Positions 20,841 to 29,654 of a stretch of 64,000 nucleotides of DNA are shown here, one piece after another. Position 1 is the first letter of the stretch; the number at the start of each line of letters is the position of its first letter. The DNA is taken from the IMG/VR virus record IMGVR_UViG_3300019487_000017, one strand, 5' to 3'. The position numbers and the translations under genes are program-made. The notes beneath the pieces were generated by a model. That model ran no database searches. It saw only the letters and a list, made by a program, of their open reading frames with translations, and had not been told where the DNA came from. Source of the DNA: a virus.

Positions 20841-21503
20841 ATGGATCGCAAAGGTACTGCAGTTCTCAATGTTGATGCTGTTGTCGCGGAATTCGCAAAT
20901 CGTTCAAAGCGTTTGCGAGAAATCGTGAAGCAGCAAGGTCTTTTGGCGAAGCAGCGGGCTCAAATCGAACAGCAGCAAAATCAGTTGTCGAATGAAGTTC
21001 AACGGCTGATGGGTACGGCTGAAGAGAATTCGACTATTGCTCCGCGTCGTCGCGGTCGTAAGCCTGGTCGCAAGCCCAAGGCTGAAAAGACTGCAAAGAA
21101 CGCTCGTAAGGCGAATGGTAACGGTGAAAAGACCGTTGCAAAGCGGAATGGTCGCGGTCGTAAGCCTTCCGGTGAAAGTCTTCGCGACGTTCTGTTGACG
21201 GTTCTCCCGTCTGCCTCTGAAGACCCAATTTCGAAGGATGAGATTGTTACTCGTCTGACGAAGAAGGGTTACAAGTCTACGGCGAAGGATCCGAAGGTGG
21301 TTATTGGTCAGGCGCTCGGCAAGCATCGGGATTTCTCGGTTGTTGAACGCGGCAAGTGGCGTTTGAGTGCCACTGGAGTCAAGAATCGGGATAAGATGGT
21401 TGCTCCTGCTACCACGGCTCCGGTTGCTGGCCCGACCCCTGCTCCTGTCGAGGCAGCTGCTGAAACTGCCTCTGCGGAAACGGCTGCAGCGGCTGCTGAG
21501 TAA
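20841..21503 (+). CDS. Basic nucleoid-associated-like protein (coiled coil, RGRKP repeats, probable winged helix, Ala-rich tail)
   Basis: RRGRKPGRKP, GRGRKP, C-terminal F-V-RGKWRL; own promoter-like sequence (TTGATT-N16-TATCAT at 20721) and a downstream hairpin. Confidence 0.65.
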   Translation: MDRKGTAVLNVDAVVAEFANRSKRLREIVKQQGLLAKQRAQIEQQQNQLSNEVQRLMGTAEENSTIAPRRRGRKPGRKPKAEKTAKNARKANGNGEKTVAKRNGRGRKPSGESLRDVLLTVLPSASEDPISKDEIVTRLTKKGYKSTAKDPKVVIGQALGKHRDFSVVERGKWRLSATGVKNRDKMVAPATTAPVAGPTPAPVEAAAETASAETAAAAAE

Positions 21504-21528
21504 GCAGTAAAGTTTAGATGTAGAAATA

Positions 21529-21569
21529 ATAAGTACAGCTATCTTCAATTGTGAGATAGCTGTACTTAT
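21529..21569 (+). terminator. Long hairpin / terminator
   Basis: TAAGTACAGCTATCT...AGATAGCTGTACTTA. Confidence 0.6.
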
Positions 21570-21577
21570 ATTCTTAC

Positions 21578-21650
21578 GCTTGCGTAGCCTAACGGATAAG
21601 GCATCACTTTCCTAAAGTGAGATATGGAGGTTCGAATCCTCCCGTGAGCA
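21578..21650 (+). tRNA. tRNA-Arg(CCT)
   Basis: TCACT-TTCCTAA-AGTGA. Confidence 0.93.
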
Positions 21651-21686
21651 TAATTTTACGATATTAGATTATTAACGGAGATATTT

Positions 21687-21824
21687 ATGTCATATATTTA
21701 TTCTGGTCCAGAACAAGAAGAAGATGATGAAGACTTTGAAGAAGACGAAGATGATTTTGATTGGGATGAGGATGACGACGATTGGGAAGATGACGAAGAT
21801 GATGACGAATTTGATGATGAGTAA
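21687..21824 (+). CDS. Very acidic 45-aa peptide
   Basis: GGAG RBS; MSYIYSGPEQEEDDEDFEEDEDD...DDE. Confidence 0.6.
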   Translation: MSYIYSGPEQEEDDEDFEEDEDDFDWDEDDDDWEDDEDDDEFDDE

Positions 21825-21832
21825 GTAAAAAC

Positions 21833-21936
21833 GCACCCCTAGCTCAATTGGTAGAGCAGCGGGCTTATACCCCGCCCCCGGAAACGGGAGTTCCCAGATT
21901 AGGAAACGGTTGTAGGTTCGAGTCCTACGGGGTGTA
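21833..21936 (+). tRNA. 104-nt tRNA-Ile-like gene with two anticodon-like arms (TAT and GAT)
   Basis: 7-bp acceptor, normal D and T arms; GCGGG-CTTATAC-CCCGC, CCCG-GAAA-CGGG, TTCC-CAGATTA-GGAA. Confidence 0.8.
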
Positions 21937-22401
21937 TTAAAAGGGATAAATATCTAATTTAAAAAGGAGATGTTTATGTCGGAATATTATTTTGCAGTTT
22001 TGCCACAGTTCCCTGGAACCCCAATTAAAGGTGGGAAAAGGGCTGCGAAGCAGCGTGATAAGATTGCGAAAAATATTGATCCCAAGGGGGATATACATAT
22101 TATTTTGATTCTGCTGAAAAACGTTGGCGTGGTTGGGGTTATTGTCTAAATCTTGGACATCCATTTGATAGAGCAACTGCTAAGGCTATTGAAGAAGCGT
22201 GGGAAGCTGCGGGTATATAATAATGAATAAAAAGGTAGTCTTGACAATTATTTGTAGTTTGGTAGGTATAGGACTACTTTTATTTCTAATATACATTTTA
22301 TTTGGGCAAAGTATATTGGGAATTGCTGCTTGTATCCTTGTAGGAATGTTTTTAGCGTTTGTATTGTATGTTTTGGCTAGTGGCATGGGTGAATAACTTT
22401 T

Positions 22402-22473
22402 GGGGATATAGATTAACGGGAAATCGTCTCAATGGCATTGAGAAAAGTAAGGGTTCGACTCCCTTTATCTCCA
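22402..22473 (+). tRNA. tRNA-Ala(GGC)
   Basis: TCTCA-ATGGCAT-TGAGA; G3:U70. Confidence 0.9.
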
Positions 22474-22834
22474 CTGAAAGAATATGTAGTAAGAATATAT
22501 GCCTGCAAATATAGATTTTGCATTAATAGAACGTTCACTTACACTATTTTCCACTGGACAATTTGATTCCCGTCAGGATGCATTAAAGGCTGCAATTGAA
22601 GAAAGAAAAAAAGAACAGCGTAAAAAGCAAGATAAAGAAATAGAAAAAAGACAGCAAGAAATTGATGATTGGGCTTAACACATCTAGAAGACTCTCCGGT
22701 ACTTAGAATTATTAACATAGCCTTTGAATAAGAGGCTATGTTATGAATAAAAAAGAAACAAAGACATTAGTACTCCCGTCTGGTTTATCATTAGATGAAA
22801 AAAGAGTGCTTTAAAGCTTCTTAGTTCACTTCCC

Positions 22835-23668
22835 ATGCGTTTCATAGATGATAAACGTTTACACACCAGTTTAGCGCACATAACACTATTTAAAGAGAAA
22901 TTGGATTTAAGTGATGCTGAGTTAGCTTGGCATAAGATGTTGGTTGTAGAAAATTCATATGATTCTGCGCCCAGAGTTTTACGCAAATCTGAAGAACAAA
23001 TTTTATTCTTGCAATTCAATTATGCGCGTTATGTTTGTTCAACAATTCAAACAAAAGCTCAAAAGAAAAAGCTTACTTTAAAAGAAGTTAGACACATAAT
23101 TTTATGGAGTCAAATTGTAGATAAGCTTAAAAGTAATATTGTGGTAGCTAATTTAGGTTTGATTTATAAGATGTTGAAATATACTGGATATTCTAATAGT
23201 CCAGACTTTGATAATTTAGTGACAGAAGGACAAATGTGTTTACTACGGTGCTTAGACACATTTGATGTTTCAAAGGGATTTAAATTCTCCACATATGTTT
23301 GTGGTTCATTACATAAGAGCTATAGGAGATATTCTCAAAGATTAAAATTCAGGCAAATAAAAGAAATATCTTATGATGGAGCTCTAGATATATTTGAGGA
23401 TCACAGAGCTTTTTCTGTGAAAGCTGATGAAAGATTAGAAAACGATGATATGTTTAAATATGTAAGGAAAGTTTTAAAAGATAATGATGCTGATTTGACT
23501 CCGGTAGAAAAGACCGTAGTGAAGCACCGTTATGGATTTTCACAGGATCCTAAAACTTTAGATGAAGTGGGTGATATAATTGGAGTAACTAAAGAAAGAG
23601 TGCGTCAAATACAGATTAAAGCACTTGGTAAATTAAAGAAGGCTATGGTGGCAACTGTTGAAGTGTGA
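22835..23668 (+). CDS. Sigma-70 family RNA polymerase sigma factor
   Basis: Region 2 ANLGLI...EG...FDVSKGFKFSTY; region 4 TLDEVG-IIGVTKERVRQIQIKALGKL. Confidence 0.92.
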   Translation: MRFIDDKRLHTSLAHITLFKEKLDLSDAELAWHKMLVVENSYDSAPRVLRKSEEQILFLQFNYARYVCSTIQTKAQKKKLTLKEVRHIILWSQIVDKLKSNIVVANLGLIYKMLKYTGYSNSPDFDNLVTEGQMCLLRCLDTFDVSKGFKFSTYVCGSLHKSYRRYSQRLKFRQIKEISYDGALDIFEDHRAFSVKADERLENDDMFKYVRKVLKDNDADLTPVEKTVVKHRYGFSQDPKTLDEVGDIIGVTKERVRQIQIKALGKLKKAMVATVEV

Positions 23669-24003
23669 AGATTTTACAGATACAGTTGTTTTGAATGTTG
23701 AAGACAAATAAATCTGTTGAAAAGATACAGGCACAAGCTCCTATTTCATTAAAAGAAGTCTTAAAATCTATAGCTTTTTCTAATATAGAACGTTATAAAA
23801 CAGGGATCATATCACTATTCTTCTGTCACGTTTCTGCTAATTGTAATTTGCCTGAACTAAAAAAGTACAGGAATCCAATTCGTATAACCATTGACAGCAA
23901 ATCAAAAACAATTAAAATATGGAGATTAATGTATAATGCCAGAAAACCAGATATAACAATAACTAATGCTTTAACAGGTTCATAAGATAAAATGGAGTAA
24001 TAT

Positions 24004-24780
24004 ATGTTACCAAAGTATGCTTTGATACTTATCCCGCTTAATAACGATTATTCAGATTTGTCCGGTAGAATTTACAAAGAAAATAATCTAATAGAAGCAA
24101 AAGAATACAAGAACAATGCTGATATTAGATATGGACTTTATGGCACACTCTGGGGAAAAACCACAACCAATAAATGGTTAAATCTTGATAAAAACGCTAC
24201 TTATGCAGTAGTAAGAATAGTATTAAATAATGATATTGTTTATTTGGATGAGCTTGAAAACCTGATTAAATTCAAATCAGGTATGGTTGTTAAGATTAGT
24301 GATCTTAATAATTGTGCTAAGTACATATCAGAAAATTGTCCTCCAGCAATCAAGGAATCTTTGGCTGGTTTGCATGTCCAATCAGAAACAGAAGACCTTG
24401 TTGTTAAAGGATTTCTTTCTTCTGCTATTTCTAAGCACGATAAGTCACACGCAGTTAATTTTGGAGACATGGGAGTAGCTGAAACACTGTGTGATGTGGC
24501 ACACGCTATTTCACTGGGTAAAAATGGTAAAGCTATTTCCCAGGGAATGGAAAGTTGTTCTTTTGCAGCTGGTAATAATGCTGAAATTATCAGTGGAAAA
24601 GAAGGTGTGTCCGTGGGAATAGGTATTAAAAGCATTGGTAAAGCTGGTGATAATGGTATGCTAATTTTAGCATATAATGATGGATACAGAAAAAGAGTGA
24701 AAGTCGGATATGTTGGGGAGAATATTGAATCTAATGTCATGTATAATGTTAATCCACAAGGAGAATTTGAGAAAGTTTAG
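24004..24780 (+). CDS. Phage protein with small-residue repeats and a C-terminal VGYVGE-I...Y motif
   Basis: GLYG-LWG N-terminus; G/A/S-rich stretch; KVGYVGENIESNVMY. Confidence 0.6.
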   Translation: MLPKYALILIPLNNDYSDLSGRIYKENNLIEAKEYKNNADIRYGLYGTLWGKTTTNKWLNLDKNATYAVVRIVLNNDIVYLDELENLIKFKSGMVVKISDLNNCAKYISENCPPAIKESLAGLHVQSETEDLVVKGFLSSAISKHDKSHAVNFGDMGVAETLCDVAHAISLGKNGKAISQGMESCSFAAGNNAEIISGKEGVSVGIGIKSIGKAGDNGMLILAYNDGYRKRVKVGYVGENIESNVMYNVNPQGEFEKV

Positions 24781-24831
24781 ATTCTCCTGATTACATGACA
24801 AATTTGAATTTCAGTTGAAAGGAAATTTGTC

Positions 24832-25296
24832 ATGAATAAGTCTGGTGGTTTAAAGGTATTTATTTCGTTAGCACTATTAGCAAGTGTAATAACTACCATT
24901 GTTTTCACTATTACTTCTGGTATTCCAGGATTTGTTGCTGGAATAATCACATCTGCCTTTTTTATCTTTGGGGCATCTGGAATCTTTTTTGGAAGAGGAT
25001 TAACTGGTGGATTAGGTGGTATTTTCGTTTGGTTTATAGGCGTAGTTATCTTATTGGTAACTATGTTTTTATGTGAAATGTATATCATTGATGGGGGGAG
25101 TAAGAAAGGTAAGGTTTACGGACCTGGCGGTGATTATTTTGCAGATAAAGTAATAGATACGTTAGGTATGGGAATGGATTGGATGTTTTCTTTTCTTTCA
25201 AAACCTAATGAAATTCCAAAATATACACCTTTGCTAGTGTTTGTATTCATCTTTATTTTTGTCATTATTGGAAAATTAAAGAATCGTAATTCTTAA
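24832..25296 (+). CDS. Membrane protein (about 4 TM helices)
   Basis: Multiple hydrophobic segments. Confidence 0.75.
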   Translation: MNKSGGLKVFISLALLASVITTIVFTITSGIPGFVAGIITSAFFIFGASGIFFGRGLTGGLGGIFVWFIGVVILLVTMFLCEMYIIDGGSKKGKVYGPGGDYFADKVIDTLGMGMDWMFSFLSKPNEIPKYTPLLVFVFIFIFVIIGKLKNRNS

Positions 25297-25346
25297 TTCT
25301 CCAGCTAAAACAGAATTTTCTGCAAGTAGAAAAGTAGTTTTCAACT

Positions 25347-25379
25347 AAAGACGGTCCTTTTATAGGGCTGTCTTTTTTT
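25347..25379 (+). terminator. Intrinsic terminator
   Basis: AAAGACGGTCC/GGGCTGTCTTT plus T-tract. Confidence 0.7.
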
Positions 25380-25443
25380 ATTATCCAGTTGTAAAGCATA
25401 CAGCAAAAATAAATATCGCTTTTATTATAAGGAGATATAAAGC

Positions 25444-26259
25444 ATGTCTAGTCTCGTTTTGAATTTGCCGGTTGTTGATGAAAAAGTTAATGGAGTAGTT
25501 TTATATGATGGTCCATCCCTTTTTGATGGAAAACGTATTGTAGTTATTGCAACTGGATTAGATCCGAATAAGTCTAAGAATGAAAAGACTGGGAAAATGG
25601 TCCAAACCTGGATTATGGTAGCTGGTACTCCTCCAGTTGAAGCTTTAGACAAAGGTAAAGATAGTTCGGTTTGTGGTAGTTGTAAACATCGTCATTTTCG
25701 TTCTTGCTATGTAAATCTTGGTATTGGCGGTCCTTATCAAGTTTATGAAGCATGGAAAAACAATAAATATCCTACTTTGGATATGAGTGATCCGCTTGCA
25801 ATGCTGGTTTTTAAAGATAAGCATGTGCGGTTGGGATCGTATGGAGATCCAGCGTGTGTCCCTATTGATATTTGGAACACTATTACGCACTGGTGTGCTG
25901 GACATACTGGTTACACTCATGCATGGAAACGTATTAGTACAGAATATCGTAAGTTTTGCATGGCATCATGCGATACTTTAGATGAAGTAAATCAAGCAAA
26001 GGCAAGGGGTTGGAAACCGTTTTATGTTCGGCAACCTGAAGACCCTATTCCTGATAAGTTTTTTACTTGTCCTGCCTCAAAGGAAGATGGATATCGTTTA
26101 AGTTGTCAGGAATGTATGGTATGTTCTGGTGGTAATTATAAGGTAGGTAAGGGAGTTCCTACGATTGTTGTTCATGGTCCATCTTGGAAGCGAAGTTTCT
26201 TCCTCCGGGGAATGAAACTTATGCGGAATAAGAAAAAATACGTTGGACAATTTAACTAA
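25444..26259 (+). CDS. Cys-rich conserved phage protein, possibly Fe-S binding (DUF7227/gp88-like)
   Basis: NEKTG-MVQTWI, CGSC...CY, RLGSYGDP, GYTH-W, CPAS...CQECMVC. Confidence 0.6.
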   Translation: MSSLVLNLPVVDEKVNGVVLYDGPSLFDGKRIVVIATGLDPNKSKNEKTGKMVQTWIMVAGTPPVEALDKGKDSSVCGSCKHRHFRSCYVNLGIGGPYQVYEAWKNNKYPTLDMSDPLAMLVFKDKHVRLGSYGDPACVPIDIWNTITHWCAGHTGYTHAWKRISTEYRKFCMASCDTLDEVNQAKARGWKPFYVRQPEDPIPDKFFTCPASKEDGYRLSCQECMVCSGGNYKVGKGVPTIVVHGPSWKRSFFLRGMKLMRNKKKYVGQFN

Positions 26260-26679
26260 GGATGAAACTATGAGAAAAGATGATGTTTATAATCGTTGTA
26301 GAGTAATTGAATTAGAACATATTTTACGTCTTGCTTTCAATGCGAATAATCTTACTGAAGATATCCGTAAGAAAATGGATATAGTGTTGAATAACGTTAA
26401 ATTGTTTGAATCATCTGAGCAATTATATTGGAGTGGAGAGATTTATTATCCTACTGGAAAAAATGGCAATCGTCTAAGTGATGGTTTAATGGGTAGGGAG
26501 TTTGCTTCAGAGAAAAATTCAGCAAATAGAGTTTGGTTATATCGTGATGGTACGGTTGCGCCTGTTTGAGAATATTCTCCAGGCAAATAGAAAATTTGAT
26601 TAGAAATGTTGTTCTTGAATCTTTTTGCTGGCTCTACCACTCAGGTTCAGCAAGTTCAAGAACTCATTCCCCATTTTTG

Positions 26680-26714
26680 ACCCCAGGTTATCCCCGCCTG
26701 GGGTTTTTTATTTT
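26680..26714 (+). terminator. Intrinsic terminator
   Basis: ACCCCAGG/CCTGGGGT plus T-tract. Confidence 0.75.
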
Positions 26715-26724
26715 ACGAGAAAAT

Positions 26725-27060
26725 ATGAAAAACACAGAAGCACACAAAAGAGCTATTCGTGCAGCAGGAAAAGCACTGTTTGATAATTTGCTACAACTAA
26801 GAAAGGAGTATGATTCAGAAACTCCTGGATGGTTAACTGGTGCTAATATTCTTGTTGATTTGCTGGTGAATAAAGAAGCTTGGGCAAATAGCAATGATTT
26901 TATTGCACTTGTTCAAACCGCTGTTTCTGATCTGGATAAGGCTTCCGTAAAGTATAAGGATTCACTCCAATACGATATTTTGCAGGATTTAAAAAAGCAT
27001 TTGGTAACATGGTTGAATGACAATAAAATTCCACTTACTTTTAATCCAACATCAAATTAA
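26725..27060 (+). CDS. Hypothetical protein
   Basis: Start re-assigned to the ATG at 26725, after the terminator. Confidence 0.6.
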   Translation: MKNTEAHKRAIRAAGKALFDNLLQLRKEYDSETPGWLTGANILVDLLVNKEAWANSNDFIALVQTAVSDLDKASVKYKDSLQYDILQDLKKHLVTWLNDNKIPLTFNPTSN

Positions 27061-27156
27061 AGATGTTGATAAGATTTTTAATTTTCGTAAGTATATTATT
27101 TGTAGAAGAGTACGCTGTGGATAACTCCTGGATAAATAAATCTTTGAGAAAAGAGC

Positions 27157-27184
27157 TTGCAATCTTTTCAATCTCTGATAAGAT
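27157..27184 (+). promoter_or_regulatory. Putative sigma70 promoter for the large ncRNA
   Basis: TTGCAA-N16-TAAGAT with an extended -10 TG. Confidence 0.55.
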
Positions 27185-27190
27185 ACTTGC

Positions 27191-27690
27191 ATAGTCGTCA
27201 TCGAGAGCAACAAAAACGTAACGTTGTTCAAGATAATGATTACGAGTGAAGTATCACAGAGAAGATCGAGAAATTACTTATCGAAAGATGAGGAAATAAA
27301 TCGGTTGGAGTGATGCGGACGCTGGGTAATAGTAGTCGTATGTTTGGAAACTAATTATGTGGTAGCAAGTTCCAACATTACAATTACAGCAGCTTTTTAC
27401 GCAAACTAAAAAGCGGTAGGTAGTTGGAATAAGGGACAGCCAAAACATAATAGCCTTGTAATCTCTGAATTAAACAGTCAGAGAACAATAGGTAGAAATG
27501 CCTTAGAGCCAGAATAAAGGTAACACTGAAAACTGGTGCTAAAACAAGGTAAATATAACGGCTAACGGAAACCTGAAAAGACTATTATCAGCAATTGATT
27601 CTCAAAACTCCTGAACCAATAAGGGAGTACATGAGACAGCAATATGAGCCAACTTGGTTGAAGGCTCATATGAAATCAATTACTTCACTC
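27191..27690 (+). ncRNA. Large ornate ncRNA (~500 nt), possibly ROOL-like
   Basis: No ORF; nested long-range helices 27244-53/27681-90 and 27321-33/27581-92; many hairpins; own promoter and terminator. Confidence 0.75.
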
Positions 27691-27703
27691 TATTTTAACT
27701 ATA

Positions 27704-27738
27704 AAAACACCCTGCCCTAAAAAGCAGGGTGTTTTCTT
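27704..27738 (+). terminator. Intrinsic terminator after the large ncRNA
   Basis: AAAACACCCTGC/GCAGGGTGTTTT. Confidence 0.8.
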
Positions 27739-28271
27739 GCGCTTCTCCTGAGATTTCACATTATTACAAGGATAAATATGAAAATTATTATTCGAACATA
27801 CCAAGGATTGATACATGACATTATCGCTGAATCTGATTGCGATGTTGTCGTTACTGAAATCGATGAAAAAGAACAAGTTGTAGAAACTTTATGGCGGAAA
27901 AATTTCCCCGCTAATAACCTAGCTACATCCTTACATGAAGCATTAACTCTTGAAACAAAGGAATAAATAATGAAGATGTACTATACTGAGACTCCTGATT
28001 ATAGAGAATCTCTTATGCTGGAATGTTCTAAAGAGCTTGCTTATAGAACTGGTGAAGGCGCTGGTAGTTGGCGCAATGGTTTGCCCGATTGTTTTCGTAA
28101 ACTTGCAGAACTTGCATGTATTGATACTGAATCTATTAATTGGTTAAGTGTAGTTGAAGGAATAGTTCATCGTTGGGCTATTCTTCAAATATCTGAAATG
28201 ACTTTTAAGCTTTAAAAATCATCTCCCGATAAAATTCTATCCAAATTATAAACATAAAAGGAGAATAATTT

Positions 28272-29654
28272 ATGGCGGTCAAAGTAAAAGGTGATAAAGT
28301 TAAGGAACCAACAAAGGCGCAACTAGATACCGCAGTTGCAAAAGAACGCCTTATTTGTGTAGATGTTGATGATAACAACTGTAAGTTTTGGCACGGATTT
28401 GCCTTAGCAAATGGTGACGGTTTCTGCGAATGGGGAAGAGTTGATAAAACGCGACAACATGAATATTACAATTTTGGCAATGTAAGTGATGCTCAAAATT
28501 GGCTTGAAAGTAAAACCCAGGAAAAATTGAATAAGCGTGGTAAGGCTTCTTACACTCGACAGAAGACAATCGATAATACTGGAACTGTCAATCGTACTTC
28601 TGTTGGTGGCGGTTCTGTTCGCTCTTCTGATTTAAAGAATATTGCAGCGCAACAGATTAAGGGTGATAGCGAGACAACAAAGCTTGTAACTTGGCTTGCA
28701 GAAGTCAATGTACATCAAATTACTAAGAATACTCAAATTACATATAACGTTCAAACTGGATCATTCAGTACGCCATTAGGTTTAGTTACTCCTGATGGTA
28801 TTACTGAGGCTCGTGATATTCTGAATGGCATTTGCGATTATGTTCAGAATAGGGATTGGAATAACGCAAAATATAAGAAACTATTAAGTGATTATTTGCG
28901 TATTATTCCGCAGAACGTAGGTATGGTTCGAGGTTGGCATGAGACTATTTTTGCTCCTGCCGATTCCTTGCAAAAGCAGAATGATATTCTTGATTCGTTG
29001 TCGGCGTCTTTACAGGCACCGTCTACAGGAAAAAAGTCATCTGCTGGAAACGTAACGGAAAGCGTTTTCAACGTTTCTCTCGAAACCGTTTCAGATCCAG
29101 CAATTATTTCTCGCATTCGAGCAAAATACAACAGCGAAAAGGGAAGTCATTACGACGTAAAGGACTTCGATGTAAGGAAAGTTTGGACTGTTCATATTAC
29201 AACAGTCAGAAGTGCTTTCCAAGGTGACGGTATTAAGGTAGGCGGTATGATGCAACTTTGGCATGGAACAAAGGCATCTAATGTTTTGTCTATCTTAAAG
29301 GGAGGATTGGTTATTCCTCCTGCCAGTGCATCGCACGTTTGTGGACGTATGTTTGGTAATGGATTGTATTTCTCTGACCAATCGACTAAGAGCATTCGTT
29401 ATGCTACAGGCGCTTGGACAGGCGGTGGGAATACAGAACGAGTATTTATGTTTATTGCTGATGTTGCAATGGGCAAATACTATACGCCGCAAGGTTATCA
29501 GAGTGGTTCATTCCGCGTACCGTCTGGCTATGACTCCTGTTTTGCTAAAGGCGGTAAGTCTGGGGTACAGAATAACGAAATGATTGTTTATCGCGTATCT
29601 CAGGCAGATTTGACTTATTTGGTTGAATTTGGACGTAACAAGACTGGATGGTAA
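28272..29654 (+). CDS. WGR-domain PARP-family ADP-ribosyltransferase
   Basis: EWGRV (WGR), helical middle domain, LWHGT, SILKGGL, GRMFGNGLYF, KS-RY, NNEMIVY (H-Y-E triad). Confidence 0.92.
   Translation: MAVKVKGDKVKEPTKAQLDTAVAKERLICVDVDDNNCKFWHGFALANGDGFCEWGRVDKTRQHEYYNFGNVSDAQNWLESKTQEKLNKRGKASYTRQKTIDNTGTVNRTSVGGGSVRSSDLKNIAAQQIKGDSETTKLVTWLAEVNVHQITKNTQITYNVQTGSFSTPLGLVTPDGITEARDILNGICDYVQNRDWNNAKYKKLLSDYLRIIPQNVGMVRGWHETIFAPADSLQKQNDILDSLSASLQAPSTGKKSSAGNVTESVFNVSLETVSDPAIISRIRAKYNSEKGSHYDVKDFDVRKVWTVHITTVRSAFQGDGIKVGGMMQLWHGTKASNVLSILKGGLVIPPASASHVCGRMFGNGLYFSDQSTKSIRYATGAWTGGGNTERVFMFIADVAMGKYYTPQGYQSGSFRVPSGYDSCFAKGGKSGVQNNEMIVYRVSQADLTYLVEFGRNKTGW

Noticed and set aside
20904-21548. 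214-aa minus-strand ORF (likewise 35245-35883, 24240-24740 and 8171-8665)
   Set aside because: Antisense shadows of better-supported + strand genes.
21715-21821. GAT/GAA microsatellite-like repeat
   Set aside because: Explained by the Asp/Glu codons of an RBS-preceded ORF.
27191-27690. tmRNA or RNase P RNA
   Set aside because: No tRNA-like Ala ends or tag reading frame, and no RNase P GAGGAAAGUCC core.
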